A stretch of 64,000 nt of DNA from Polyangiales bacterium (GTDB lineage Bacteria > Myxococcota_A > Polyangia > Polyangiales > Houyiibacteriaceae): NCBI GenBank assembly GCA_045106895.1, contig JBGCFM010000100.1, positions 1 through 64,000 on the forward strand, in the 5' to 3' direction. Positions 48,267 through 58,460 of the stretch are shown here, piece by piece. Both the position numbers and the translations under genes were made by a program. The stretch's first letter is position 1, and every line of letters begins with the position of its first letter. The notes below the pieces were generated by a model, which saw nothing but the letters and a program-made list of their open reading frames with translations, was not told the origin of the DNA and searched no databases.

Positions 48267-48269
48267 GCG

Positions 48270-49610
48270 TTACTCCGAGGCGATGACGACATTGCCGTGA
48301 GCATGCACGGGAGCGCCTTCCCCGCTCTCGACGACACACACAGAGAAGAGGGCTCGCGTGGGCTCGTCCACCAAGAACGCCTGGGACGTGCCCGATATCG
48401 TCACGCCCGCGAGGTCGAGGCGGGCGCCGCTCACGCTCAATGCGACGCTGCCGCGAATCGAGCCCCCCGTCGCGCGCAACACTCCGCCGACAAGGACTAC
48501 GCCGATGCCGCTTCCTGCGTCGACCTCGACATTCTCCATCGTGACGTTCGACTCATCGACGAGAAGCTCCCGGATACGCGCATTTCGAATCTGCGCCCCT
48601 TCGCATCCGCGTAGCTCCACGCGGCCGTATTCCCCCTCAAGCTCCACGCCGTCCTCACCATCGCAGGTGTAGTCACCACGCCTCTCAAACGCGTCCGGAG
48701 ACGCCGTCGAGGATCCGCCAAAATGAGCGCTCACGGCTTCAACAAAACGTTCCGGCGCATCGGACATCGGAACGTGAGCGACACCTTCAAGAAGGTGCAG
48801 CGGCGTGCGGAGCCGACCTTCCAGAACGTGCGCCGTACGAAGCGGCGCGATGCGATCATTCTCTCCCCAAAGCAAAAGCGTCGGCGCCTGAATGTTGGAA
48901 AGCGCCGGCCCGACGTCGGTCACAATGAGTGAGAGTGCGGCAATCTTTCCGGGGTCGTCGCCGAGAATCACCGAGCGCATGCGCGGCCCAGCAATGATCA
49001 TTTCCGGGTCGGGCTCGACGGAACGCCCGATCGACAAGAACGTCTCCATCATACCCACGGGCATGGCGGTACCACCCTGCGCACGTAGCGGATCGATAAA
49101 CTGAGATGCCGCCCAAGCCTCGCGGTGGAGTACGCCGGCAACGTCCACGAGGGCGAGGCGGGAGACGAGCTGTGGGTGGCGGCCCGCGATGAGTGCGGCG
49201 ATGGCTCCGCCCATCGAATGACCCAAGAGAAATACGGGGCGCCCTCCGAACTCACGCGTCATGAAGCGCGCGATATCGTCGGCGTAGTCCGACGGGTGAA
49301 ACGAATGCTCCGCCGCATCGGAGGCGCCGAAGCCCGGCAGGTCGAGGGCCAGTACGTAGAAGTTCTGCGACAAGGTTTCTGCGACGCCCTCAAAGTCCGA
49401 CGAGGCGTTTTCGCCGAGGCCATGAATCATCAGGAGCGCAGGCGACGACGCATCCCCCCATCGGCGAACGTTGAGCGTCCCGCCGTACGGCGCTCCCGGG
49501 TCACGTTGAGCGCTCTGGGGAAACGTGGTGGTCGGCGGCCGCGGTACGCTCCCGCAGGCGCTGCTGGCTAGAACGAGAAAGCACCAAGCGGATGGGGAAA
49601 GGCGAGTCAT
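48270..49610 (-). CDS. Alpha/beta-hydrolase lipoprotein with a C-terminal beta-helix-like domain
   Basis: Lipobox SSAC, IHGLG, DLPGFGAS, GHSMGG, WGEND, AH. Confidence 0.8.
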   Translation of the reverse strand: MTRLSPSAWCFLVLASSACGSVPRPPTTTFPQSAQRDPGAPYGGTLNVRRWGDASSPALLMIHGLGENASSDFEGVAETLSQNFYVLALDLPGFGASDAAEHSFHPSDYADDIARFMTREFGGRPVFLLGHSMGGAIAALIAGRHPQLVSRLALVDVAGVLHREAWAASQFIDPLRAQGGTAMPVGMMETFLSIGRSVEPDPEMIIAGPRMRSVILGDDPGKIAALSLIVTDVGPALSNIQAPTLLLWGENDRIAPLRTAHVLEGRLRTPLHLLEGVAHVPMSDAPERFVEAVSAHFGGSSTASPDAFERRGDYTCDGEDGVELEGEYGRVELRGCEGAQIRNARIRELLVDESNVTMENVEVDAGSGIGVVLVGGVLRATGGSIRGSVALSVSGARLDLAGVTISGTSQAFLVDEPTRALFSVCVVESGEGAPVHAHGNVVIASE

Positions 49611-49684
49611 CGACGTCGTTGTACCTCGCCCCAAAGCGCATGCGCCAGCTCGTTTGCTAGGTGTCGTTTGGGGCCGCCTCGCGG

Positions 49685-52369
49685 CTACTCGCTCCGAAAG
49701 AGCACAGAGCTCGTTCCAACAGCGCCGCGATCGACGACGAGGTGCTGCCAGGCGTTGTCGACGCGAACATCTCGCACATGCGTGCCGAACTGGCGGACGA
49801 GGTAATGAGAGAGCTCGCCAGCTGTAAGCAAACCGTCGCGCGGCGCCATATCCGCTTCGCCGGCGATGCCTGTTCGCAAGAAGTGACTGAGGTAGCCGCC
49901 GGCTTGAAACTGGCCCGCAACCGATGAGAGGACGTCCTCTTCAGATGAGAAAAGACCCATGCGGCCGGGGCGCGTGATCACGTCTTTGGCGAACCCGCCG
50001 GAGAAGCAGGCGTCGAGGGCGATGAGGCCAAGGCCCTGGATACTGTCGAACATCTCCGCCATGCGGTCGTCCACCATGGGGCCGTCGTAGAGAACCAGGG
50101 TCTCGTCCGTGCCGTCGATTTCACGGGGGTCCTGGCTGCCGTGCTGCTGTCCGCCGTGACCCGAGTAGAAGAAAATGAAAGTGTCGTTGGGCTGTACGCG
50201 CGCGGCCATCTGCTGGAACGCCTGTGTGAGTGCGGCGTTCGTCACTTGGCCGTCGGTGAGAACGATCTGATTGGCCTCCGGCATGTGATCGGCTTCCCGT
50301 AGAGACTGCGCGAGCTTGATCGCGTCGTTCGCGCATTCCGGCAGGTCGCCGCCTCCGGGATAGTCGCTGATGCCAGCGAAGATGCCGTAGACGTTTCCGC
50401 TCCCGCCGGTGGGCGCGCCGCTAGGACGCGGCCCAGGCAGGTTGTTGCCACTGCGCAGCTCGTAGGAGCCCGTCTCGCCGGGCTGGTAGCTGGTGACCAT
50501 GACGGTGTAGGCCCCTGGCTCCGCAGCCGGGATATCGAGGCCAGAGTTGAAATTTCCGGAGACGAGGTCGTCGTTGTCGAGCTGCTCGCCGGCTGGAGTA
50601 CGAGCGATGAGGTAGGTATCAAAGTCCGAGGAGTTCAATCGGAGCTGAACGGCTTCGCCGGGCTCAAAGTTCATCGAGTAGCGGTCCACAAACTCGCCGC
50701 TCTCCAGCTGCGAGTCGCCGCTCGCCAGTGCTCCGCGAACGACTTCCCCGGCCGCCGCGTTTGTAGCGGACGCCGTGGTCGCCGTAGTCGCTGTGGCCGC
50801 CGTGGTCGCCGTGGTCGCCGTGGTCGCCGTAGTCGCCGTAGTCGCCGTCGTTGTCGTGGGTGCCTCCGTCGACGCTTCCGCGTCTCCCCCCTGAATACGG
50901 AGTTCGTATTCGCCAACCTCCCCCGGCTGGTACGAGGTCACCGCCACCTGGTAACGCCCGCCGGCGGCGGCGACGAAGTCGAGGGCGGCGTTGGTATCGC
51001 CAGACCGCCGGTCATCGTTCTGCTCGGACTCTCCGCTCGGGCTTCGTACAATTAGGTACGTGTCGAACGCGCTGCTGTTCGCCTCAAGGCGGACGTGGGC
51101 CCCAGCAGAAAGGTCCAAAGGGAAGGTGTCCACGAACTCGCCGCTCTGCAGCTGGCGGTCGCCGTTTGCGAGGGCCCCGCGCTGCGTATTCCACCGGTCA
51201 GCACTCGTCGCCTCGACCGTCGAAGGTGCTCGCGACGCGGCGAAGAGCTTCAGCTCGTAGGCGCCGGTCATTCCCGGGCGGTACGTCGTCGCGAGGAGGC
51301 GGTAAGTTCCGCTGGTGGCGGCGGTAAAATCGAGCCGGGAGTTGAGCCCTTCAGCGTCGTCGTTCTCCCATAGCTGACCGCTCGGACCGACCACCATCAC
51401 GTAGCTATCGAGAGCAGCGGATTCCATCTCCACCGTCAGCGCTTGGCCCGCCGTTGCGCGAAACGAGTAGAGGTCCGCGGACTCGTCTGTTGGGAGACGT
51501 GTGTCCGAAGCGTCGATCGTCCCCTCACGTCGCTCGCCAACATTGATCGGTGTCGCGCCCTCGGCCCCGGAAGCCGGCTGGTGGTGTTCGCGAGCAAGTG
51601 CGGGGTCCGGCGCACCTGCGTTGCTCTCCTCCGTCGCCGGAATGAACGAGAGTTGGTAACGCAGCGGCTGCTCGCTCGCTGCCGGCGCCACGACCTGAAC
51701 GCGATGAAGTCCCTCCTCCGTAAGACGTGCTCGCCCCCCCTCGGAACGAACGGCTCGACCCTGGGGGTCGAGGATCACCAAGTTTGGCGGGCCAGCTTCC
51801 GCCGACGCGATAAGCTCGTGGGGCTGCCCGCTTGGCACCTCGACGGAGAACACATCAAGTCGATTTCCGTCGTGCTCCGCGTCGCCGGGCTCGAAGGTGC
51901 CAACGGCCGACTGGCCGGAAGCAAGGCTAAAGCTCTCGGGCGAGGCTTCTTCCTGTGGCCGAGAGACGACGAGACGGTAGGCGCCTGTGGCTCCCGGCCC
52001 GTAGCTTCGCACGCTGATCTTAACGACGCCGGCGGCGGACGCGACCATCTCCACCAACGAACGGGTGCGGTCTCCTTGGTAGTCATCGTTCACCATCGGC
52101 GCCGATCCGGGTGGGGTGACTTCCAAGAACGGGTCGAATTCGTCCGACGTCAGCTCGATGGAAAGGGCGACGCCTTCCTCGACTTCGACTTCGTAATGGT
52201 CAACGAAGGCTTCGCCGACTTGCTGGTCACCCTCGCTGAGAGCACCAGCCTCCGAAAGCACCATACCGTCGGCGGATTCGCCGCCGCCGGAAGCGCCCTC
52301 CGAAGGCGATGCCGCAGGACCGCAAGCGCAGAGGAAAATCATCACAAGAAGGAAGGAGTGGAAGCGCAT
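49685..52369 (-). CDS. Lipoprotein with about five PPC-like domains and a C-terminal caspase-like (peptidase C14) domain
   Basis: Lipobox LCAC. Repeated D.Y....P.G...NDD...G.Y....SY..G..G.Y.L units. GISDYP..LPECANDA, FFYSGHG, LDACFSGG dyad. Confidence 0.85.
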   Translation of the reverse strand: MRFHSFLLVMIFLCACGPAASPSEGASGGGESADGMVLSEAGALSEGDQQVGEAFVDHYEVEVEEGVALSIELTSDEFDPFLEVTPPGSAPMVNDDYQGDRTRSLVEMVASAAGVVKISVRSYGPGATGAYRLVVSRPQEEASPESFSLASGQSAVGTFEPGDAEHDGNRLDVFSVEVPSGQPHELIASAEAGPPNLVILDPQGRAVRSEGGRARLTEEGLHRVQVVAPAASEQPLRYQLSFIPATEESNAGAPDPALAREHHQPASGAEGATPINVGERREGTIDASDTRLPTDESADLYSFRATAGQALTVEMESAALDSYVMVVGPSGQLWENDDAEGLNSRLDFTAATSGTYRLLATTYRPGMTGAYELKLFAASRAPSTVEATSADRWNTQRGALANGDRQLQSGEFVDTFPLDLSAGAHVRLEANSSAFDTYLIVRSPSGESEQNDDRRSGDTNAALDFVAAAGGRYQVAVTSYQPGEVGEYELRIQGGDAEASTEAPTTTTATTATTATTATTATTAATATTATTASATNAAAGEVVRGALASGDSQLESGEFVDRYSMNFEPGEAVQLRLNSSDFDTYLIARTPAGEQLDNDDLVSGNFNSGLDIPAAEPGAYTVMVTSYQPGETGSYELRSGNNLPGPRPSGAPTGGSGNVYGIFAGISDYPGGGDLPECANDAIKLAQSLREADHMPEANQIVLTDGQVTNAALTQAFQQMAARVQPNDTFIFFYSGHGGQQHGSQDPREIDGTDETLVLYDGPMVDDRMAEMFDSIQGLGLIALDACFSGGFAKDVITRPGRMGLFSSEEDVLSSVAGQFQAGGYLSHFLRTGIAGEADMAPRDGLLTAGELSHYLVRQFGTHVRDVRVDNAWQHLVVDRGAVGTSSVLFRSE
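50771..50851. repeat. 9 x 9-bp in-frame tandem repeat (Thr-Thr-Ala linker)
   Basis: cgccgt(g/a)gt units. Confidence 0.9.
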
Positions 52370-52441
52370 CGCCAGAGTGTACCTACTTCGGCGCCTTTCG
52401 AGCTAGCTTGGTGAGTCGCCCCCTCACTTGAAAACGCGCAT

Positions 52442-52471
52442 AAAAAAAGGGGACCGGCCACGCCAGTCCCC
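52442..52471 (-). terminator. Intrinsic terminator of ahcY
   Basis: GGGGACTGGC-gtg-GCCGGTCCCC followed by T7 on the minus strand. Confidence 0.85.
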
Positions 52472-52492
52472 TCTCCTTCGTATCGCCGCTGA

Positions 52493-53851
<1,359 letters not shown>

Positions 53852-53907
53852 GGGTTCTCCTGTCGTCGCGCTAAGCGCGAACGTTACTTTCGTTTTCTTC
53901 GGTCGTC

Positions 53908-54894
53908 TTAGTTGCGTTTCGTGGGGCTGCTTTTCTTGGCAGAGAGAACCTGCCAATCGAGGTGCCCATCGGGTCCATCGCCGCAGCGAATGGCCGGAAT
54001 CGGGGAGACATGAATGTCACAGAGGCCCGCGCTCTTGGCGAAGCGCGTGAGCTCTCGAGGCGAGAAGCCAAGCCAGGTGTCGGCTTGTTCGTCGCGCATG
54101 CTCTCGTCGCCGTGCGCGACGTAGTCAAGCACCAAGGCAACGCCTCCCGGCGCGACGAGTTCGGCAATCGCCGCCATGGCCGCAGTGGGCTTCGGCGCGT
54201 GGTGAAGCACGCGCGCGGCGAAGACGGCATCCGCGCCCCCTCGCTCCGCGACGGCCTTCGCCACGGCATCGTCGCCAAGCTCTGCGTTGAAGACGGTGAT
54301 GTGTGAGTAGTGACGTCTGGCGAGGCGCTCCTGCGTGGCGACGAGCTGCGCCTCGGAACGGTCGAATGCGATGACCTCGTCGAACACCGGAGCGATGACC
54401 TCGAGGAGAGACCCATCGCCGGTTCCAACGTCGACGGCGAGGCCGCGTTTTGAGATGAGCGGAGCGAGGGCGGAGAGGTACGCGCCGAGTTCGCTGGGCC
54501 AAGCGCTGCCATCTCCGCGCGCCTGGGCGAAGAAGTCTCGGGCCGGCGCCTCACGTGCGGCGAGAACGTCGGCGATGCGCGCCATGCTCTGGTCGTCTTC
54601 GCACAGAGAGTGTCCGGTTCGGAGCGCGTCACTCACGACAGCGTCGTTCTGTCTGGCTGGATTGAGGCGTACGTACACGCGCGTGCCCTGCTTACGTTCG
54701 ACGAGCAGGCCTGCGCCGCGGAGGGGCTTCAGATGGCGAGAGACATTCGGCTGGCTTTCGCCGGTCAGCTCTGCGAGCTCACCGATGGCGAGCTCCTCCT
54801 GCGCGGAGAGGGCCAGGAGGCGAAGGCGGATCGGCTCAGCGAGGAGCTTGTAGAGCTCCCAACGAGGGGCCAGAACCGCTGCACTTGTTGGCAC
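53908..54894 (-). CDS. ArsR-HTH + SAM-methyltransferase-fold regulator (SahR-like)
   Basis: [10 protein letters not shown]...SQPNVSRHL...[23 protein letters not shown]. Directly upstream of ahcY. Start is GTG 54894 (ATG 54921 is an alternative). Confidence 0.85.
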   Translation of the reverse strand: MPTSAAVLAPRWELYKLLAEPIRLRLLALSAQEELAIGELAELTGESQPNVSRHLKPLRGAGLLVERKQGTRVYVRLNPARQNDAVVSDALRTGHSLCEDDQSMARIADVLAAREAPARDFFAQARGDGSAWPSELGAYLSALAPLISKRGLAVDVGTGDGSLLEVIAPVFDEVIAFDRSEAQLVATQERLARRHYSHITVFNAELGDDAVAKAVAERGGADAVFAARVLHHAPKPTAAMAAIAELVAPGGVALVLDYVAHGDESMRDEQADTWLGFSPRELTRFAKSAGLCDIHVSPIPAIRCGDGPDGHLDWQVLSAKKSSPTKRN

Positions 54895-54903
54895 CCCAAC
54901 TGT

Positions 54904-54923
54904 ATATGCGCGAATACGCATGG
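54904..54923. promoter_or_regulatory. Candidate autoregulatory operator of the SahR-like regulator
   Basis: Palindrome ATGCG-N6-CGCAT (54906-54921) just upstream of the start, over the promoter. Confidence 0.45.
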
Positions 54924-55042
54924 ACGCAACTATTGATTTACTAGGCGTTTTTGGCCGCAAACCATCCCAGCTGGCGTTTCCGGGCGCAGAATGCACTAAG
55001 TACGGGAATGCCCAGACGCCCTCCCACCCCCTCTCCGAGGCG

Positions 55043-56392
55043 ATGAGCCTGCGAACCCGCCTGGCCGCGCTCTGGCTCGTGGTGCCGCTCTTTGGATGCG
55101 TGGATAGCGAGAGGATCTACGTTGAGGTCGGCGCCGGGGTGGCCATGAGCGCCGGGGCCACGGTGCTCCTTTGCTTTGGCTTGGCCGCTGCGTGGCGCCG
55201 CTGGAAAGGGCGAAACAGAAGCGACACGGTCTTCGCTCGTGTGGTGAGCCGGACGCTTATCGGGCTCGCCCTTGTCATCCTCGTCATCGCAACTCTTGGC
55301 TTGCTTCGCGTAGCCGTCATCGGGCGACCTCTGGCACTAACGGGATACATTTGGCTCTACGCCTCGCCTTTGATCTGGGCCGCCATCCTCGTCTACGAAG
55401 CGCGGATCCGAGAACACACGTCTGCGCTTCGGGGGACGTTGTGGGCCACGCTTGCCTACGTGCTTCTCTTCAGCGCGGTGTGCGTGACGTTCTGGCCGGG
55501 CCCTCGGATCCCGTCCGCCGCCGTCGTGGAAATCGCCGTCTCGAGACAGAGCGTATGTGAACGCTTCGACGGAGGCGAGGTCGTCTGTCGCGGCGTCCAA
55601 CAAGGCGCGCCCGGGCGCTGGCCTATTCCCATCGACGCTCCGAGCGCCGACGCCATCTACCTGGTGAATGGACAAGCCTGCTTGCGAACAAGTACGCCCC
55701 CCAGCGAAGTGTGGTGCTGGACGCAGGCGACACCCAGCCGACAAGAGACGTCGCTGGATCCGGTGGCGGCTCGCGCGTCCTGGATAGTCAGGCATGAAAC
55801 GCTCGAGCGCGCCCTCCATGAAGCGGAGGAAAGGTCGTTCAGCCCAAGCCGCGCCTGCCTCATCAAAGACCAACAAGTTCAGTGCGCGACGGCGCCGGGA
55901 TTCTCAGCGGAGCCCCCATCGCTTCGCCCGGTGCAGGCGCTCTCACCCGCGGACCATGTTGTGGTGGACGGCGAAGCGGCCTGTTCGTGGCTTGGACCTT
56001 TGGTGCGGTGCGATGGAGCGCAAGCTGCCGGAGAGTTCCGCTTCGAGGCCAACGTAGAGAATGTCACGCTCGGACGCTCGCACGCCTGCGCGCTCTCGGA
56101 CAAAGAGGTTCACTGCTGGGGGCTCGGTCGCAACGGTGCTCTCGGCACGGGCACCGAGGAAGACCAAGCTGCGCCGGAGCGGGTCGACCTCGACGACGTC
56201 GAGCAGTTGGCTGGGGCTGGTACATTCACCTGCGCAAGGACAGGTGGCGAAGACGGCGCGAACTATTGCTGGGGCATCGCACCTCCGAGGGTCACCTTCA
56301 ATGAGGAGCCTACGCGAGTCCCAAACCGCCGTCTCCGCGACATCTTTCGTCGGCAGGTTTTCCGCGCTCGGCCAACGCTGTTGAGGCAATGA
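55043..56392 (+). CDS. Membrane protein with C-terminal RCC1-like repeats
   Basis: LFGC lipobox-like segment, four TM helices, LGRSHACAL...VHCWGLGRNGALG, FTCA...YCWG. Confidence 0.65.
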   Translation: MSLRTRLAALWLVVPLFGCVDSERIYVEVGAGVAMSAGATVLLCFGLAAAWRRWKGRNRSDTVFARVVSRTLIGLALVILVIATLGLLRVAVIGRPLALTGYIWLYASPLIWAAILVYEARIREHTSALRGTLWATLAYVLLFSAVCVTFWPGPRIPSAAVVEIAVSRQSVCERFDGGEVVCRGVQQGAPGRWPIPIDAPSADAIYLVNGQACLRTSTPPSEVWCWTQATPSRQETSLDPVAARASWIVRHETLERALHEAEERSFSPSRACLIKDQQVQCATAPGFSAEPPSLRPVQALSPADHVVVDGEAACSWLGPLVRCDGAQAAGEFRFEANVENVTLGRSHACALSDKEVHCWGLGRNGALGTGTEEDQAAPERVDLDDVEQLAGAGTFTCARTGGEDGANYCWGIAPPRVTFNEEPTRVPNRRLRDIFRRQVFRARPTLLRQ

Positions 56393-56557
56393 CGCTGGCC
56401 GCCCGCCGCCGCCGTTGCCCTCAGAGCACTGATTTGAGCCTTGGCTTTTTCGGCATTTTTCGCCTCTTGAACGAGTTTATGGGCACGAAATGCGGCGTAG
56501 TTAGGCAAGTCTTGCTCGATATTCGAGGGGAGATGACCAAAATCAGAGACAAATGCC

Positions 56558-56573
56558 TGGCACGTCCACTGCA
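56558..56573 (+). promoter_or_regulatory. Sigma54 -24/-12 promoter
   Basis: TGGCACGTCCACTGCA, in an AT-richer intergenic region upstream of 56661. Confidence 0.7.
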
Positions 56574-56660
56574 CTAGCGCGTTGTACTTTTATCCAAGAC
56601 CGCATACACACGGCGCACTGCTGCTCGTCCCACAACGACGAGCACACGAAAAGGAACACC

Positions 56661-57113
56661 ATGAAGAAGATTCTCCTCATCACGCTCGCCTCCACTCTCT
56701 TCGCTTGTGGCGGCGGTGGCGGCGACGCTGTCGCGCTCGCTCCTGGCTTCACGGCACCCAACATGGTCGAAGGCCGCGCGGGCGGACTCACGGACGCCTC
56801 CTCCCTCGGCGAGGGTTGCATCGGCAGCATCGCGTCGGACCCGGACCACGTCATGACGCTCAGCGCCGCGATTCCAAACCTTCGAATCTTCGCCACCGCT
56901 GGCGAGGACATCACCCTTGTCATTCAGCAGCCCGACGGCTCCTACATCTGCAACGATGACACCGAAGGCCTCAACCCCCTCGTGACTCAGCCTTCCTTCG
57001 CCGCTGGTGAGTACAAGATCTGGGTCGGCAGCTACTCCACCGAAGAAGGCGGAGCTGCATACAAGCTCGGCTTCTCCGAGGACGCAGCAGCGATGCCTTC
57101 CTCCCTTCAGTAG
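56661..57113 (+). CDS. Small lipoprotein with a single PPC-like domain
   Basis: AAGGA SD, lipobox LFAC, CIGSI...PD, DITLVI..PDG..ICNDD, GEYKIWVGSY. Confidence 0.8.
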   Translation: MKKILLITLASTLFACGGGGGDAVALAPGFTAPNMVEGRAGGLTDASSLGEGCIGSIASDPDHVMTLSAAIPNLRIFATAGEDITLVIQQPDGSYICNDDTEGLNPLVTQPSFAAGEYKIWVGSYSTEEGGAAYKLGFSEDAAAMPSSLQ

Positions 57114-57129
57114 GCCTCTCGGCTACGCG

Positions 57130-57159
57130 AAAAGGCACATCTTCGGATGTGCCTTTTTT
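57130..57159 (+). terminator. Intrinsic terminator with a cUUCGg tetraloop
   Basis: AAAAGGCACATC-TTCG-GATGTGCCTTTTTT. Confidence 0.9.
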
Positions 57160-57198
57160 GCTTTAAGCACCCATTGCTCGTCCTGCACCACCGTGGCA

Positions 57199-58437
57199 GT
57201 GAACCCCGTGCGCCTTCTAGCCCTTCTCTTGTTGTGCGGTTGTTACGTATCCCACTACCCCGAAGACGCCAGCGTCGACGCGCCGGCGGACGTCTTTGAC
57301 GCCGGCGTCGATTCCCGGGTCGTGGACGTTGGCCTTGATGTCCCCGTACTCATCGAGCCGGATCGCCCCGTCACTGAGCGCTGCGACCTGACTCGGCCGC
57401 CAACCTTCGCCGGCGAACTGCCTGCGGAGTGCAATCTCACTGGAGCCGGCGACAACGACGACGACGGCTTCAGCAACGAGGCGGACTGCAACGACTGCTC
57501 GCCACAGGTGAACCCGGGAGCATTCGAGATCCCGGGCAACGGCGTCGACGAAGACTGCGATGGACGCGACGTCTACCGCTGCGAGGACGTCGCCGAGTCG
57601 CCGGACGCCTTCGCCGCAGCACGCGCCATCGGCCTCTGTGAACGAACGACGGCAAGCGAACGCGAGTGGGGCGTTCTCGATGCGCGCATCACGCGGGCCA
57701 ACGGCGAAGGGGCCCCCGAGGGGTTTCAGTGGGAGATCCTCGAGCGCCTCGGCGCCGCCACGCCGCGAATCGGCGACGCTATGCTCTCATTGTCCAACGC
57801 CTCCGCCGGAGAGATCGGAGTCGCCGCCAACCGCTGCCAAGAGATCGTCGATGACGGCGATGCGCGCCCCGAACCGACCCCTCCGGGACACCCTTACCCG
57901 TCGACATCTTGCCCTGGCGCCGGGAACGGCGACGTCCTTCAGTCCGCCGCGCTTGAGGTGCGACTCCGCGTCCCGACGAACGCGGCGGGCTACCGCGTTG
58001 GGACGAACTTCTACACGCGCGAGTTCCCGGACTTCGTCTGTGATCGCTTCAACGACGCCTTCGTGATCCTCGAAGAACGCGAAGGTACTTGGCGTAACGT
58101 CGCCTTCGACGCCGAAGGCAACACCATCAGCGTCAACAACGCGCTTCTCGAAGTGTGCCGGCCGGGAACGCATCGTGGACGCCGCTTCGACTGCGCTGAG
58201 GGAGCAGCAGCTCTGAGCGGCACGGGATTTGACCTCGACTGCAGCCGTCCACCCACGCGGGAGACGCCGGGGGGCGCGACGGGTTGGATCTGCACCGATG
58301 TTCCTGCTTCCCCGGGCGAGATCATCACGCTCCGCTTTGCCATTTGGGACACAGGCGACCCCTACCTTTCTTCCTTGGCCCTCATCGACGGGTTCAGCTG
58401 GTTGCCCGCGCGTTTTCAAAGCGTGTCCCCCGAGTAG
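57199..58437 (+). CDS. Lipoprotein with a MopE-like metal-binding motif and a choice-of-anchor-L-like domain
   Basis: Lipobox LCGC, DNDDDGF...DCND...NPGAFEIPGNGVDEDCDG, REFPDFVC..FNDAF, ISVNN, GGATGW, FAIWDTGD. Confidence 0.7.
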   Translation: MNPVRLLALLLLCGCYVSHYPEDASVDAPADVFDAGVDSRVVDVGLDVPVLIEPDRPVTERCDLTRPPTFAGELPAECNLTGAGDNDDDGFSNEADCNDCSPQVNPGAFEIPGNGVDEDCDGRDVYRCEDVAESPDAFAAARAIGLCERTTASEREWGVLDARITRANGEGAPEGFQWEILERLGAATPRIGDAMLSLSNASAGEIGVAANRCQEIVDDGDARPEPTPPGHPYPSTSCPGAGNGDVLQSAALEVRLRVPTNAAGYRVGTNFYTREFPDFVCDRFNDAFVILEEREGTWRNVAFDAEGNTISVNNALLEVCRPGTHRGRRFDCAEGAAALSGTGFDLDCSRPPTRETPGGATGWICTDVPASPGEIITLRFAIWDTGDPYLSSLALIDGFSWLPARFQSVSPE

Positions 58438-58460
58438 GGCTCCTTTGCTAAGCTCCCCGC

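Noticed and set aside
53852..53907. SAH or SAM riboswitch before ahcY
   Set aside because: Only 56 bp with no recognisable aptamer. The adjacent regulator explains control.
56263..56577. Small ORFs (103 aa minus, 62 aa plus) in an AT-richer gap
   Set aside because: No motifs, and they overlap a sigma54 promoter region, so this is more likely regulatory DNA.
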